From: TPA_inf: Saccharomyces
Taxonomy: Eukaryota
Assembly (NCBI GenBank): GCA_000146045.2
Contig: BK006941.2
Coordinates: 384,001-448,000, forward strand
DNA: 64,000 bases
Reading direction: 5' to 3'
Part shown: one piece after another, positions 1-10,965 of the stretch
Layout of the letters: every line of letters begins with the position of its first letter
How positions within the stretch are numbered: the stretch's first letter is position 1
The notes under the pieces: model-generated
What the model was told of the DNA's origin: nothing
What the model saw: only the letters and a program-made list of their open reading frames with translations
Databases searched by the model: none
Position numbers and translations under genes: made by a program

Positions 1-1
1 A

Positions 2-766
2 GAATTTATACTCATTGGTCCACCCCGGAGTTCTCTTTTGCATCGAAACGTGGGGGGATGCTACCGCGAAGACGGCTCGCAAGAGGTGTGGGATACGTTC
101 CTGGAACAGACGCGTGGGAGATTTAGCGGGGATGAGCTGTGCCGTTTGCAGGACACTGCACAGAAACTAAGCGAGAGCGATCCTTTGGTACAAGACTACG
201 TGGGGCTATTGAGCGGTACCCTTAGCGGCTACTGCTTGTCGCCCTCGAAGCTGGACGCGTTTGAGGCAGCCATGCAGGAGTACGTGGGAACGCATAATTT
301 TCACAACTTTACCACAGGAAAGCTTTGGGGGGATCCTAGTGCTCAGCGCCATATCAAAAAGGTTGTAGTGTCGCAGGCCTCACCGGGATGGATATGTGTG
401 CGGATCCACGGGCAGTCGTTTATGTTGCATCAGATTCGACGAATGGTAGCGCTTGCCGTACTTGCAGCCCGTTGCCAATTGCCGCCTAATATTGTACGTA
501 ACTATTTTAACGCCGGGCCTAGGAAATACATTCCGAGGGCGCCCGCACAAGGCCTATTATTAGAGGGACCTGTGTTTGACGGGTATAACACTAAGTTGCG
601 CAATTTGCTGTATTGCGAAATCCGCCCGGACGATATCACTCTTGAGCGCATGTGCCGTTTCCGAGAACGCCAGATCTGTACTGCGATCGCACACGAGGAG
701 ACACAGCGTCACGTGTTTTGCCATTTTGTACGACAAATGAACCGCCTGGCCACGCCTCTAATCTAG
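2..766 (+). CDS. PUS2: tRNA pseudouridine synthase (TruA/Pus1 family), C-terminal ~255 aa only; the 5' end lies before the window start
   Basis: The reading frame is open from the window edge to TAG at 764-766. It contains the GTHNFHNFT region typical of Pus1/TruA enzymes. It sits immediately upstream of PYC1, as YGL063W does on chrVII. Its GC content and codon usage are atypical for yeast (see findings). Confidence 0.7.
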   Translation, partial: EFILIGPPRSSLLHRNVGGCYREDGSQEVWDTFLEQTRGRFSGDELCRLQDTAQKLSESDPLVQDYVGLLSGTLSGYCLSPSKLDAFEAAMQEYVGTHNFHNFTTGKLWGDPSAQRHIKKVVVSQASPGWICVRIHGQSFMLHQIRRMVALAVLAARCQLPPNIVRNYFNAGPRKYIPRAPAQGLLLEGPVFDGYNTKLRNLLYCEIRPDDITLERMCRFRERQICTAIAHEETQRHVFCHFVRQMNRLATPLI

Positions 767-1195
767 CCGCCCAATGTCGCGGGTTGACCCGCGACATTGG
801 GCGGGCAATACTCTCATCTTATTGGCTATTCAACTTAGACAAGCGCCAGTTGCGCGCACAAATTTGGTCATGACCGCTCCACCGGCATGCGTGTCGTCAT
901 CCCGCATCATTCGGGACATTTTGGCCTTTTCCGCAGTGCGTAGTTGACGTGGGGAGAAAGCTAGTGGGCTGTCGCATATGGTTGGTTTTAGGTGGCGAAA
1001 GTTTCGCCGCGATAGCAATCATGTCCTCGACCTTAATCTCAATGGAATGGGTCATGCTCGGTAAGTGAGTCTCGCTGTATATAAGTATATATGTAATCGC
1101 CTAGTTCGATAGATACAAGGAGGTCTTGAGTATGTAGATAAACGAAAAGAAGATAACAAAAGGAAAATCTCAGCCTCTCCCCTTCCTCTTAGACA

Positions 1196-4100
1196 ATGTC
1201 GCAAAGAAAATTCGCCGGCTTGAGAGATAACTTCAATCTCTTGGGTGAAAAGAACAAAATATTGGTGGCTAATAGAGGAGAAATTCCAATCAGAATTTTT
1301 CGTACCGCTCATGAACTGTCTATGCAGACGGTAGCTATATATTCTCATGAAGATCGTCTTTCAACGCACAAACAAAAGGCTGACGAAGCATACGTCATAG
1401 GTGAAGTAGGCCAATATACCCCCGTCGGCGCTTATTTGGCCATTGACGAAATCATTTCCATTGCCCAAAAACACCAGGTAGATTTCATCCATCCAGGTTA
1501 TGGGTTCTTGTCTGAAAATTCGGAATTTGCCGACAAAGTAGTGAAGGCCGGTATCACTTGGATTGGCCCTCCAGCTGAAGTTATTGACTCCGTGGGTGAT
1601 AAGGTCTCAGCTAGAAACCTGGCAGCAAAAGCTAATGTGCCCACCGTTCCTGGTACACCAGGTCCTATAGAAACTGTAGAGGAAGCACTTGACTTCGTCA
1701 ATGAATACGGCTACCCGGTGATCATTAAGGCCGCCTTTGGTGGTGGTGGTAGAGGTATGAGAGTCGTTAGAGAAGGTGACGACGTGGCAGATGCCTTTCA
1801 ACGTGCTACCTCCGAAGCCCGTACTGCCTTCGGTAATGGTACCTGCTTTGTGGAAAGATTCTTGGACAAGCCAAAGCATATTGAAGTTCAATTGTTGGCC
1901 GATAACCACGGAAACGTGGTTCATCTTTTCGAAAGAGACTGTTCCGTGCAGAGAAGACACCAAAAGGTTGTCGAAGTGGCCCCAGCAAAGACTTTACCCC
2001 GTGAAGTCCGTGACGCCATTTTGACAGATGCAGTTAAATTGGCCAAAGAGTGTGGCTACAGAAATGCGGGTACTGCTGAATTCTTGGTTGATAACCAAAA
2101 TAGACACTATTTCATTGAAATTAATCCAAGAATCCAAGTGGAACATACCATCACAGAAGAAATTACCGGTATAGATATTGTGGCGGCTCAGATCCAAATT
2201 GCGGCAGGTGCCTCTCTACCCCAGCTGGGCCTATTCCAGGACAAAATTACGACTCGTGGCTTTGCCATTCAGTGCCGTATTACCACGGAAGACCCTGCTA
2301 AGAACTTCCAACCAGATACCGGTAGAATAGAAGTGTACCGTTCTGCAGGTGGTAATGGTGTTAGACTGGATGGTGGTAACGCCTATGCAGGAACAATAAT
2401 CTCACCTCATTACGACTCAATGCTGGTCAAATGCTCATGCTCCGGTTCCACCTACGAAATCGTTCGTAGAAAAATGATTCGTGCATTAATCGAGTTCAGA
2501 ATTAGAGGTGTCAAGACCAACATTCCCTTCCTATTGACTCTTTTGACCAATCCAGTATTTATTGAGGGTACATACTGGACGACTTTTATTGACGACACCC
2601 CACAACTGTTCCAAATGGTTTCATCACAAAACAGAGCCCAAAAACTTTTACATTACCTCGCCGACGTGGCAGTCAATGGTTCATCTATCAAGGGTCAAAT
2701 TGGCTTGCCAAAATTAAAATCAAATCCAAGTGTCCCCCATTTGCACGATGCTCAGGGCAATGTCATCAACGTTACAAAGTCTGCACCACCATCCGGATGG
2801 AGGCAAGTGCTACTAGAAAAGGGGCCAGCTGAATTTGCCAGACAAGTTAGACAGTTCAATGGTACTTTATTGATGGACACCACCTGGAGAGACGCTCATC
2901 AATCTCTACTTGCAACAAGAGTCAGAACCCACGATTTGGCTACAATCGCTCCAACAACCGCACATGCCCTTGCAGGTCGTTTCGCCTTAGAATGTTGGGG
3001 TGGTGCCACATTCGATGTTGCAATGAGATTTTTGCATGAGGATCCATGGGAACGTTTGAGAAAATTAAGATCTCTGGTGCCTAATATTCCATTCCAAATG
3101 TTATTGCGTGGTGCCAATGGTGTGGCTTATTCTTCATTGCCTGACAATGCTATTGACCATTTCGTCAAGCAAGCCAAGGATAATGGTGTTGATATATTTA
3201 GAGTCTTTGATGCCTTAAATGACTTGGAACAATTGAAGGTCGGTGTAGATGCTGTGAAGAAGGCAGGTGGTGTTGTAGAAGCCACTGTTTGTTTCTCTGG
3301 GGATATGCTTCAGCCAGGCAAGAAATACAATTTGGATTACTACTTGGAAATTGCTGAAAAAATTGTCCAAATGGGCACTCATATCCTGGGTATCAAAGAT
3401 ATGGCAGGTACCATGAAGCCAGCAGCTGCCAAACTACTGATTGGATCTTTGAGGGCTAAGTACCCTGATCTCCCAATACATGTTCACACTCACGATTCTG
3501 CAGGTACTGCTGTTGCATCAATGACTGCGTGTGCTCTGGCGGGCGCCGATGTCGTTGATGTTGCCATCAACTCAATGTCTGGTTTAACTTCACAACCATC
3601 AATCAATGCTCTGTTGGCTTCATTAGAAGGTAATATTGACACTGGTATTAACGTTGAGCATGTCCGTGAACTAGATGCATATTGGGCAGAGATGAGATTG
3701 TTATACTCTTGTTTCGAGGCTGACTTGAAGGGCCCAGATCCAGAAGTTTATCAACATGAAATCCCAGGTGGTCAATTGACAAACTTGTTGTTTCAAGCCC
3801 AACAATTGGGTCTTGGAGAACAATGGGCCGAAACAAAAAGAGCTTACAGAGAAGCCAATTATTTATTGGGTGATATTGTCAAAGTTACCCCAACTTCGAA
3901 GGTCGTTGGTGATCTGGCACAATTTATGGTCTCCAATAAATTAACTTCCGATGATGTGAGACGCCTGGCTAATTCTTTGGATTTCCCTGACTCTGTTATG
4001 GATTTCTTCGAAGGCTTAATCGGCCAACCATATGGTGGGTTCCCAGAACCATTTAGATCAGACGTTTTAAGGAACAAGAGAAGAAAGTTGACTTGTCGTC

Positions 4101-4732
4101 CAGGCCTGGAACTAGAGCCATTTGATCTCGAAAAAATTAGAGAAGACTTGCAGAATAGATTTGGTGATGTTGATGAGTGCGACGTTGCTTCTTATAACAT
4201 GTACCCAAGAGTTTATGAAGACTTCCAAAAGATGAGAGAAACGTATGGTGATTTATCTGTATTGCCAACAAGAAGCTTTTTGTCTCCACTAGAGACTGAC
4301 GAAGAAATTGAAGTTGTAATCGAACAAGGTAAAACGCTAATTATCAAGCTACAGGCTGTGGGTGATTTGAACAAAAAGACCGGTGAAAGAGAAGTTTACT
4401 TTGATTTGAATGGTGAAATGAGAAAAATTCGTGTTGCTGACAGATCACAAAAAGTGGAAACTGTTACTAAATCCAAAGCAGACATGCATGATCCATTACA
4501 CATTGGTGCACCAATGGCAGGTGTCATTGTTGAAGTTAAAGTTCATAAAGGATCACTAATAAAGAAGGGCCAACCTGTAGCCGTATTAAGCGCCATGAAA
4601 ATGGAAATGATTATATCTTCTCCATCCGATGGACAAGTTAAAGAAGTGTTTGTCTCTGATGGTGAAAATGTGGACTCTTCTGATTTATTAGTTCTATTAG
4701 AAGACCAAGTTCCTGTTGAAACTAAGGCATGA
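1196..4732 (+). CDS. PYC1: Pyruvate carboxylase, 1178 aa (ATP-grasp biotin carboxylase, carboxyltransferase and C-terminal biotinyl AMKM domain)
   Basis: Single ATG-to-stop ORF of 1178 aa with a biotin-attachment motif (SAMKME). It is flanked by PUS2 and DUO1, so it is PYC1 rather than PYC2. Confidence 0.95.
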   Translation: MSQRKFAGLRDNFNLLGEKNKILVANRGEIPIRIFRTAHELSMQTVAIYSHEDRLSTHKQKADEAYVIGEVGQYTPVGAYLAIDEIISIAQKHQVDFIHPGYGFLSENSEFADKVVKAGITWIGPPAEVIDSVGDKVSARNLAAKANVPTVPGTPGPIETVEEALDFVNEYGYPVIIKAAFGGGGRGMRVVREGDDVADAFQRATSEARTAFGNGTCFVERFLDKPKHIEVQLLADNHGNVVHLFERDCSVQRRHQKVVEVAPAKTLPREVRDAILTDAVKLAKECGYRNAGTAEFLVDNQNRHYFIEINPRIQVEHTITEEITGIDIVAAQIQIAAGASLPQLGLFQDKITTRGFAIQCRITTEDPAKNFQPDTGRIEVYRSAGGNGVRLDGGNAYAGTIISPHYDSMLVKCSCSGSTYEIVRRKMIRALIEFRIRGVKTNIPFLLTLLTNPVFIEGTYWTTFIDDTPQLFQMVSSQNRAQKLLHYLADVAVNGSSIKGQIGLPKLKSNPSVPHLHDAQGNVINVTKSAPPSGWRQVLLEKGPAEFARQVRQFNGTLLMDTTWRDAHQSLLATRVRTHDLATIAPTTAHALAGRFALECWGGATFDVAMRFLHEDPWERLRKLRSLVPNIPFQMLLRGANGVAYSSLPDNAIDHFVKQAKDNGVDIFRVFDALNDLEQLKVGVDAVKKAGGVVEATVCFSGDMLQPGKKYNLDYYLEIAEKIVQMGTHILGIKDMAGTMKPAAAKLLIGSLRAKYPDLPIHVHTHDSAGTAVASMTACALAGADVVDVAINSMSGLTSQPSINALLASLEGNIDTGINVEHVRELDAYWAEMRLLYSCFEADLKGPDPEVYQHEIPGGQLTNLLFQAQQLGLGEQWAETKRAYREANYLLGDIVKVTPTSKVVGDLAQFMVSNKLTSDDVRRLANSLDFPDSVMDFFEGLIGQPYGGFPEPFRSDVLRNKRRKLTCRPGLELEPFDLEKIREDLQNRFGDVDECDVASYNMYPRVYEDFQKMRETYGDLSVLPTRSFLSPLETDEEIEVVIEQGKTLIIKLQAVGDLNKKTGEREVYFDLNGEMRKIRVADRSQKVETVTKSKADMHDPLHIGAPMAGVIVEVKVHKGSLIKKGQPVAVLSAMKMEMIISSPSDGQVKEVFVSDGENVDSSDLLVLLEDQVPVETKA

Positions 4733-4967
4733 ACCGGTTAGTTCTCATTTATAATGTATAATATACCCGAATCTTATTTATTTACCTTTCCTATTTTTTG
4801 ACGACCAGTAAATACTAATACATAATTAGGAACAAAAGTTAAATAAAAAAAAAAATAATAATTTAACGCATCCAATTAACGTGTCCTTTTTTCATCATTA
4901 ATTTATCTACTATTTCGATTTAAATTCCATATACAATAAATCCTAGATACATTCCCGAAAGCATCTT

Positions 4968-5711
4968 TTAGCGAAACATCTTCCTTGAGCTGCTAGCAGT
5001 GGGCTTAGTCCACCTGTTAGTTACTCTTGGTATACCACTAGGTCTTTTCGAGGCAGGAACATGGGTCTTTCTTACTCTTCCGTTATTTGAAATTCCTGCC
5101 GAAGGAACGGGCCTTCTACCAGATTGCACACCGTACCTTGGATTTAAGCCTTGATTTGGTGGCTTTGCTGGTGCAGCATCCTTTTCACCCTTCCTATTTT
5201 CTAATTTTTGTCTCAAATCCAAGATCTCCTTCTTTTTCAACGCTATCACGTTGTGTAAAGTACTCCCATCTTCATCATTTGTGTTTACATTTTCATTGTG
5301 CAGTCTATCATTAATTAGCTTTAAATAGGTTTGATCGCTCATCAATTTATGAATATAACCAGCTTGAGAATGAATGTTGATCCATGAATCTAAAATGGAA
5401 TTCGTAGATTTACATACCTCATGTACTTGATTAACGTATACTGGCAAGTTATTTTTTAATGCGGCCGTAACATTTTTTATCATTGCTGTTATTTTATCTA
5501 ACGATTCTGATTCTTTGAGTAAGGATTGCGTTGTGATTGAATTAAACGATCTTATAGAATTGCTGTTAGCCGAAATATTATCGCTTGCTCCACCTCCTGT
5601 GCTTTTTGGAAATTTATTGGTCGTGTTATTGAGGTTAGATCTCATCTCATTGAAAATCTGTGGAATCAGTTTGTCTATAGTCGAATCATCTAATTGGCTT
5701 TGCTCACTCAT
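4968..5711 (-). CDS. DUO1: DASH/Dam1 complex subunit Duo1, 247 aa
   Basis: The ORF translation begins MSEQSQLDDSTIDKL at the internal ATG (reverse complement at 5709-5711). The track ORF starts 8 codons upstream. Length matches the expected 247 aa. Confidence 0.85.
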   Translation of the reverse strand: MSEQSQLDDSTIDKLIPQIFNEMRSNLNNTTNKFPKSTGGGASDNISANSNSIRSFNSITTQSLLKESESLDKITAMIKNVTAALKNNLPVYVNQVHEVCKSTNSILDSWINIHSQAGYIHKLMSDQTYLKLINDRLHNENVNTNDEDGSTLHNVIALKKKEILDLRQKLENRKGEKDAAPAKPPNQGLNPRYGVQSGRRPVPSAGISNNGRVRKTHVPASKRPSGIPRVTNRWTKPTASSSRKMFR

Positions 5712-6064
5712 ATTGAAGACTTGTTCAAGTTTCAAATTATCTTCTTTAGTAATACTTGAGTCACCAGTCCAGATTACTTAGCCTATCTTTCTTTATCGCG
5801 TTTGATTTTGGCGTTTGTTTGTAATTATTATTCTTTTTTCCTTCGTTTCGCTGTGAAACTAACTTGCGCTGAGGTCCAAAAACCTCTCATCTAAGAATAA
5901 AGGAAAATACATATTATCCTGGGTCTAAAAGGCTAAAAGAACTCACCGTCAAGAGGAAGGGCTCAGAAAGTATGGGTGAGTCAATTGAAACAATTTGTAA
6001 AAGCCTTGTCAGGGCTTTCCAAGAGGAGAAGGATGATTTTGTCTCACTTGTAACAATCATTGAT

Positions 6065-7990
6065 ATGTACAACGAGCAGGTGAACTCTGGAAAGTCTATA
6101 AAAGAAAAGGAACGTTATTTGGATGCCCTATTGAAAATACTTAAGGATAATCCAGTTACCTTAAAGGAAATTGGCTGGGATCTGCCAAAGGGTTTATTGC
6201 AGTTTTTCTCACGCAAAAACATCAATGTCAATATACATCTAGTTTTTAGTCCCCTTGTTTCTAGTGTGATGGAATGCTTCAATGAGCTAGCCATCAATGG
6301 AAATCCGAAAGAATGCTTGTTGACCGCTTGCGAATTGGTGTCAACACTCCATATAGTCTTAACTGAAACTGGCGACTCCGATGAAGAGAATGAAGATTTA
6401 AATGACTCCAATAGAAATGATGCGTCAAACATTACTGATGAGCTGTCAGTTATCACTCCGGAGATTGGGCACTATATGGCCAAAAATACAGTAGAATTCA
6501 TTCCAAATTTGAAAATTTACGTTCTCTTTGAATTTATGAGTTTATTGTTGAAACGTGTGGACACTTTATATCCATCTAAATTTCTAGCCATGGTAACTTC
6601 TGCAATTATTAAGTATGTAACAACCAACGTTCAGGCTATGGATGATCCACACTTTATTTTGCGCATAGTGTACAATTTTTGTACTAATTACTCTCCAGCT
6701 CAACCATCTGCTAGTCTGACCGATGGTATTAGTACAAACGATCTTGAAAAAATTCATGATGATGAATCTGCCTTACAGAAAAAACTACTGGCTAATCTGA
6801 GCGTATTCGTGATTAGCAACTGCCTAAAAAATCATCCAGGTAATATTGACAAGATATATTTCAAAACATTGATGCATAAAAAAACAGATGAAAATGAAAT
6901 CGATGCTTCAGTTTTACAGATATGCCACCAATACTACGAGTATGTCACATCATTGGATGTCCACATGAAAGAACTTTTAGAAAAGTGCCTGGTAGAATCA
7001 AGAAGCATCTATAACTCTCTTCTCATGAACCCGGCCGCTTCCACGCCCGAATTCAAAGAAGAAATTAACCAACTAGTATATGAGGTATCTTACGCATATC
7101 AAATCAAGAAACTAGCTGACGAAAAGAACTTAGAGCTGGACCAATATGGAGTTGTGATTCTATCTGCAATACATTATTCTAAAAATGGTACTCACTTATT
7201 GCCGCAAATTGATATCCAAAGCGCAATTTACCTCTATCTACGGTGTACGACAGCTTCTTTATTTTCAGAAATATACGAAAATAAGTTTTTGGAAAGTTCA
7301 GTACGCTACTGGCTATGGGTATCCACAACCGAGACTTCCACAGAGAAAATAAAGTGTGCCTTACAAGAACTTCCAGGGCACATTACCACGGCCTTTTTGC
7401 AGATGTTACTGATGAAAACTTGCAATGAATCTAATAACGACACTAAGTTGACCGAAATTACTCTTCTGAGGAGGTTACTCTATCTCATGCCCGAAAGCAC
7501 ATCTTTTACGTTCATCTTTGAAACTCTACTACATTGTCCATATATAACTGCAAAGATTGCTGTTCTTGACATTCTAAGAGATATGATGATTAGATCTCCT
7601 GAGGCTGCTAATCGTGACGAAACTGTCGGTTTAATCGAACAACAGAATCCTGGGAATACCGCTAATAGTGTACCGATAATGCCAACTCTACCTCCAAGAC
7701 CTTACATCACTATTAATGAAGATCGCATGGCTTCCATTCATAGCATTGCTTTAATATGTTTTTCTGCCGCCAAGCAAAAGAAAAGAACGCAAGGTGATTT
7801 ACTCTTGGTACTAACATATATGAAATTTTTTGTTAGTTTAAGGAACAAATGGGATTTGGGTCTGTTAACACTCATCAATAAAGAAATCTCCGAATCATTT
7901 CAAGGAGAAGGTGAGCCTGAATTAGCATTCATCAACATTTCCAATAATACTCTGGGAGAATATATAGAAGAGATGAACATACGCTCGTAA
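6065..7990 (+). CDS. YBP2: Yap1-binding protein paralog, 641 aa
   Basis: Long ORF in the position of YGL060W. The ATG at 6065 gives the expected 641 aa. An in-frame upstream ATG at 5972 would give 672 aa. Confidence 0.7.
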   Translation: MYNEQVNSGKSIKEKERYLDALLKILKDNPVTLKEIGWDLPKGLLQFFSRKNINVNIHLVFSPLVSSVMECFNELAINGNPKECLLTACELVSTLHIVLTETGDSDEENEDLNDSNRNDASNITDELSVITPEIGHYMAKNTVEFIPNLKIYVLFEFMSLLLKRVDTLYPSKFLAMVTSAIIKYVTTNVQAMDDPHFILRIVYNFCTNYSPAQPSASLTDGISTNDLEKIHDDESALQKKLLANLSVFVISNCLKNHPGNIDKIYFKTLMHKKTDENEIDASVLQICHQYYEYVTSLDVHMKELLEKCLVESRSIYNSLLMNPAASTPEFKEEINQLVYEVSYAYQIKKLADEKNLELDQYGVVILSAIHYSKNGTHLLPQIDIQSAIYLYLRCTTASLFSEIYENKFLESSVRYWLWVSTTETSTEKIKCALQELPGHITTAFLQMLLMKTCNESNNDTKLTEITLLRRLLYLMPESTSFTFIFETLLHCPYITAKIAVLDILRDMMIRSPEAANRDETVGLIEQQNPGNTANSVPIMPTLPPRPYITINEDRMASIHSIALICFSAAKQKKRTQGDLLLVLTYMKFFVSLRNKWDLGLLTLINKEISESFQGEGEPELAFINISNNTLGEYIEEMNIRS

Positions 7991-8222
7991 ACTACATAGT
8001 AAATTAGTTGCTCTTCTCTTTTGTTCCCGAGTAAATCGAATTATTCTATTAAAGGGAAACACTATGTTTTGAGTCATCCAAACTTTCATTTTTTTCAGAT
8101 TTCATCGCCCGATCGTCAAGGAATAAAAAGGGAAGGGATGGGATACTTGCATTGGAACCCAGAAAGTACGTAAAAGATGAAGATCGTGAGAGATTGGTCA
8201 ATGGATAAATAGTTCTGTAATT

Positions 8223-9698
8223 ATGTCTAAGTATCAAATTAATTGCATAAGATACCGGCACTTTCTCAGGACATCTAATATCTCGCAGATCCCTGATTTC
8301 ACGAAATACTGCATTGGTCCCGTAAATGAAGAATTGGCACCTTACATCATGGAAACCATGAAGGCATACCCTTCAAATTCCGAATATATCAATCCGCAGC
8401 ATTACTATCATAATAGAACGGTATTAGTAGAAAATTACTTAAAACGAAGTCCAAATCCAGTATCATTAACGCAGTTAGCGCAATATTATGACGATTCTAC
8501 CAAGCTGACCAGAACCAAGATCATCAATTCCGGGAAATTTGTAAAAGAAGAACTGGTAATTAGGATCGCGCATAAATTAAATCAATTGCAACAACTTCCA
8601 TTTAATGTTGTGAACAACTTCCATTTTGTTCAAGTTTATGAGTCATATTACAATATTTTTGAAAGCTTTAGAAAATATCCGACTATAAGAACTTTAGAGG
8701 ACGCTTCTCAATTTGCAGATTTTATCAAAAATATGCTAGAAGGCTTCAATACTCTAAACTTACCACATTTGATAATGGGGGCTTTAGAATGTACAATTTT
8801 GGATCTTTATCCTCGTGAAAAAATGGACCAACTACTATCTGATCTGTTAAGAGCTCGAATATCAAGAAGATTGATTGTAGAGGAACACGTCAGTATCACA
8901 GCCAACTACACTAGTGGTAAGGAGGAAAATACCTTGGTATTGGGTGATATTTTTCAAGAATGTAGCGCTAAAAAATATTTATTGGAAGCCAGTGAGGAAT
9001 CTCAAAAATTTATCCAAGATATGTACTTTAAAGACATTCCCATGCCAGAATTTATTATCGAAGGTGACACTCAACTAAGCTTTTACTTTTTGCCTACACA
9101 TTTGAAGTATTTGTTAGGGGAGATCCTTCGAAATACTTACGAAGCAACCATGAAACACTATATTCGTAAGGGATTAGAAAAGCCGGAACCAATCATAGTA
9201 ACTGTAGTAAGTAACGATGAATCCTATTTGTTTAGAATTTCAGATAAAGCTGGGGGCGTCCTCCATGATGATGAAAATCTATGGTCATTCGGTAAATCGA
9301 AAGAAAGGGCTCAAGAATCCCTAAATAATTTTCACAAGTTACCTGGTTTACAAACAGTATCTATTTATGACGAAGTACATTCCCATACTAAATATAACTC
9401 CAAACTGAAGTCATTGCAGTCAATAACATTAAAACCGTACATGCACACGTCGCTAGAACCAATGAGTTATCCTAGCATCATAAATGGGCACATCAAATAT
9501 GAAACTCCCCTAATTGAATTGTTAAAGCGGTCTTTTAGATACAAGCTTGGGATTGGGTTAGCCATGTGTAAAGTGTATGCTGAATATTGGAACGGCGACC
9601 TTTCATTGCATTCAATGCCTGGATATGGTACCGATGTTGTATTAAAATTAGGCAACTTGATGAAGCATACGAAGAAACTACAATTAGATAAAGTGTGA
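8223..9698 (+). CDS. PKP2: Mitochondrial pyruvate dehydrogenase kinase (BCKDK/PDK histidine-kinase-like), 491 aa
   Basis: 491-aa ORF with a PDK-family ATPase domain, in the YGL059W position. Confidence 0.85.
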   Translation: MSKYQINCIRYRHFLRTSNISQIPDFTKYCIGPVNEELAPYIMETMKAYPSNSEYINPQHYYHNRTVLVENYLKRSPNPVSLTQLAQYYDDSTKLTRTKIINSGKFVKEELVIRIAHKLNQLQQLPFNVVNNFHFVQVYESYYNIFESFRKYPTIRTLEDASQFADFIKNMLEGFNTLNLPHLIMGALECTILDLYPREKMDQLLSDLLRARISRRLIVEEHVSITANYTSGKEENTLVLGDIFQECSAKKYLLEASEESQKFIQDMYFKDIPMPEFIIEGDTQLSFYFLPTHLKYLLGEILRNTYEATMKHYIRKGLEKPEPIIVTVVSNDESYLFRISDKAGGVLHDDENLWSFGKSKERAQESLNNFHKLPGLQTVSIYDEVHSHTKYNSKLKSLQSITLKPYMHTSLEPMSYPSIINGHIKYETPLIELLKRSFRYKLGIGLAMCKVYAEYWNGDLSLHSMPGYGTDVVLKLGNLMKHTKKLQLDKV

Positions 9699-9985
9699 GC
9701 TAACCATGCTTACACTATATACCAAGGAACAAATACATATTCGGAATATTAGTATGGTGACTACATTTCCCGGATTAGTGTATGTATATACAAAAAGGCA
9801 CCTCCGGGTAGCCGGAGTAGAAAGCTGGAAAAATAAAAATGAAAGCGAATGGAATGTGTAAGAGAAAAAAAGGAAAGAACTATCAAGTTGCAGAGTTGAT
9901 GACATAAATAGTAGAGTGGAAAATCAACGAAGATCGAATTCCAAAGATTATTTTTAGGCAGACAGAGACTAAAAGATAAAGCGTC

Positions 9986-10504
9986 ATGTCCACACCAGCT
10001 AGAAGAAGGTTGATGAGAGATTTTAAACGTATGAAGGAAGATGCCCCACCGGGTGTATCTGCTTCACCATTACCTGATAACGTCATGGTATGGAACGCCA
10101 TGATTATCGGGCCAGCCGATACTCCATATGAAGACGGAACTTTTAGGTTATTGTTGGAGTTTGATGAAGAATATCCCAATAAGCCACCGCATGTCAAATT
10201 TTTGAGTGAAATGTTTCATCCCAATGTCTATGCAAATGGTGAAATTTGTTTGGATATTTTGCAGAACAGATGGACTCCAACATATGATGTCGCATCCATA
10301 TTGACATCCATTCAAAGTTTATTCAACGATCCAAATCCAGCTTCGCCAGCAAACGTTGAAGCTGCAACATTATTCAAAGATCATAAATCACAGTACGTCA
10401 AAAGAGTTAAGGAGACGGTAGAGAAATCTTGGGAGGATGATATGGACGATATGGACGATGATGATGATGATGATGACGACGACGACGACGACGAAGCAGA
10501 CTGA
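9986..10504 (+). CDS. RAD6: Ubiquitin-conjugating enzyme E2 (Ubc2) with polyacidic C-terminal tail, 172 aa
   Basis: Translation [28 protein letters not shown]...[15 protein letters not shown]...[14 protein letters not shown] is the Rad6 sequence. Confidence 0.97.
   Translation: MSTPARRRLMRDFKRMKEDAPPGVSASPLPDNVMVWNAMIIGPADTPYEDGTFRLLLEFDEEYPNKPPHVKFLSEMFHPNVYANGEICLDILQNRWTPTYDVASILTSIQSLFNDPNPASPANVEAATLFKDHKSQYVKRVKETVEKSWEDDMDDMDDDDDDDDDDDDDEAD
10441..10500 (+). repeat. (GAT/GAC)n codon repeat encoding the Rad6 acidic tail
   Basis: A gatgatgatgatgatgacgacgacgacgacgac run is visible in the sequence. Confidence 0.9.
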
Positions 10505-10965
10505 GAAAAATCAAAAGAATCTTAATGATGAATGCCGAGCCGATATTATGAATTCGATTACCTTTTTGTTCAATCAAATATAGGGCTTCATCGTGAGTTT
10601 CTTTCTCTATCGATCCGTTTGCTTTCTATTCCTCCATCTTCTACTTTATACCGTAAAGAAAATTTAATAATGATAGAAACATTGCATATAAATAATATAC
10701 TAAAAAGAAACACTGCTCTACCATAAATTTCTTTGGAGAAAATAACGTGAAATGAGAAATAAGGACAATTTGTTATCGGTTATAACTGCCGATACCCGTA
10801 TCTTTTGTGTTTGATTCAAGGAATACTTATTTAGAGTAGAAAGAATATATTTACTTAGATAACTTAATGTATAATATATAAAAAAAATCAAAAAAACAGG
10901 AAAAAAAAAAATCATGAGTGAGTGGCACTTTTAACTGCAAGAATGAAGAGTGACCCCATTTTTTT

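Noticed and set aside
1-1050. Interpreting the GC-rich PUS2 segment as a synthetic or foreign insertion
   Set aside because: The segment is in frame with a TruA-family CDS that sits in its expected position next to PYC1. It is therefore most likely native sequence, and is reported as a compositional anomaly rather than an insertion.
1607-1963. 118-aa ORF antisense within PYC1, and many similar 60-160-aa ORFs antisense to large genes (e.g. 12061-12495, 12621-13046, 23761-24240, 25206-25619, 26211-26483)
   Set aside because: They are embedded in well-supported long CDSs on the opposite strand, lack ATG or sequence conservation cues, and the track shows M for non-ATG starts. They are frame noise.
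4733-4967. Possible ARS consensus (WTTTAYRTTTW) in AT-rich convergent and divergent intergenic regions (e.g. PYC1-DUO1, 36560-39090)
   Set aside because: No 11/11 ACS match with adjacent B-elements was found by eye. This cannot be called without a proper scan.
5972-6064. Upstream in-frame ATG that would extend YBP2 to 672 aa
   Set aside because: The expected YBP2 length (641 aa) fits the ATG at 6065. The upstream ATG remains possible but is not preferred.
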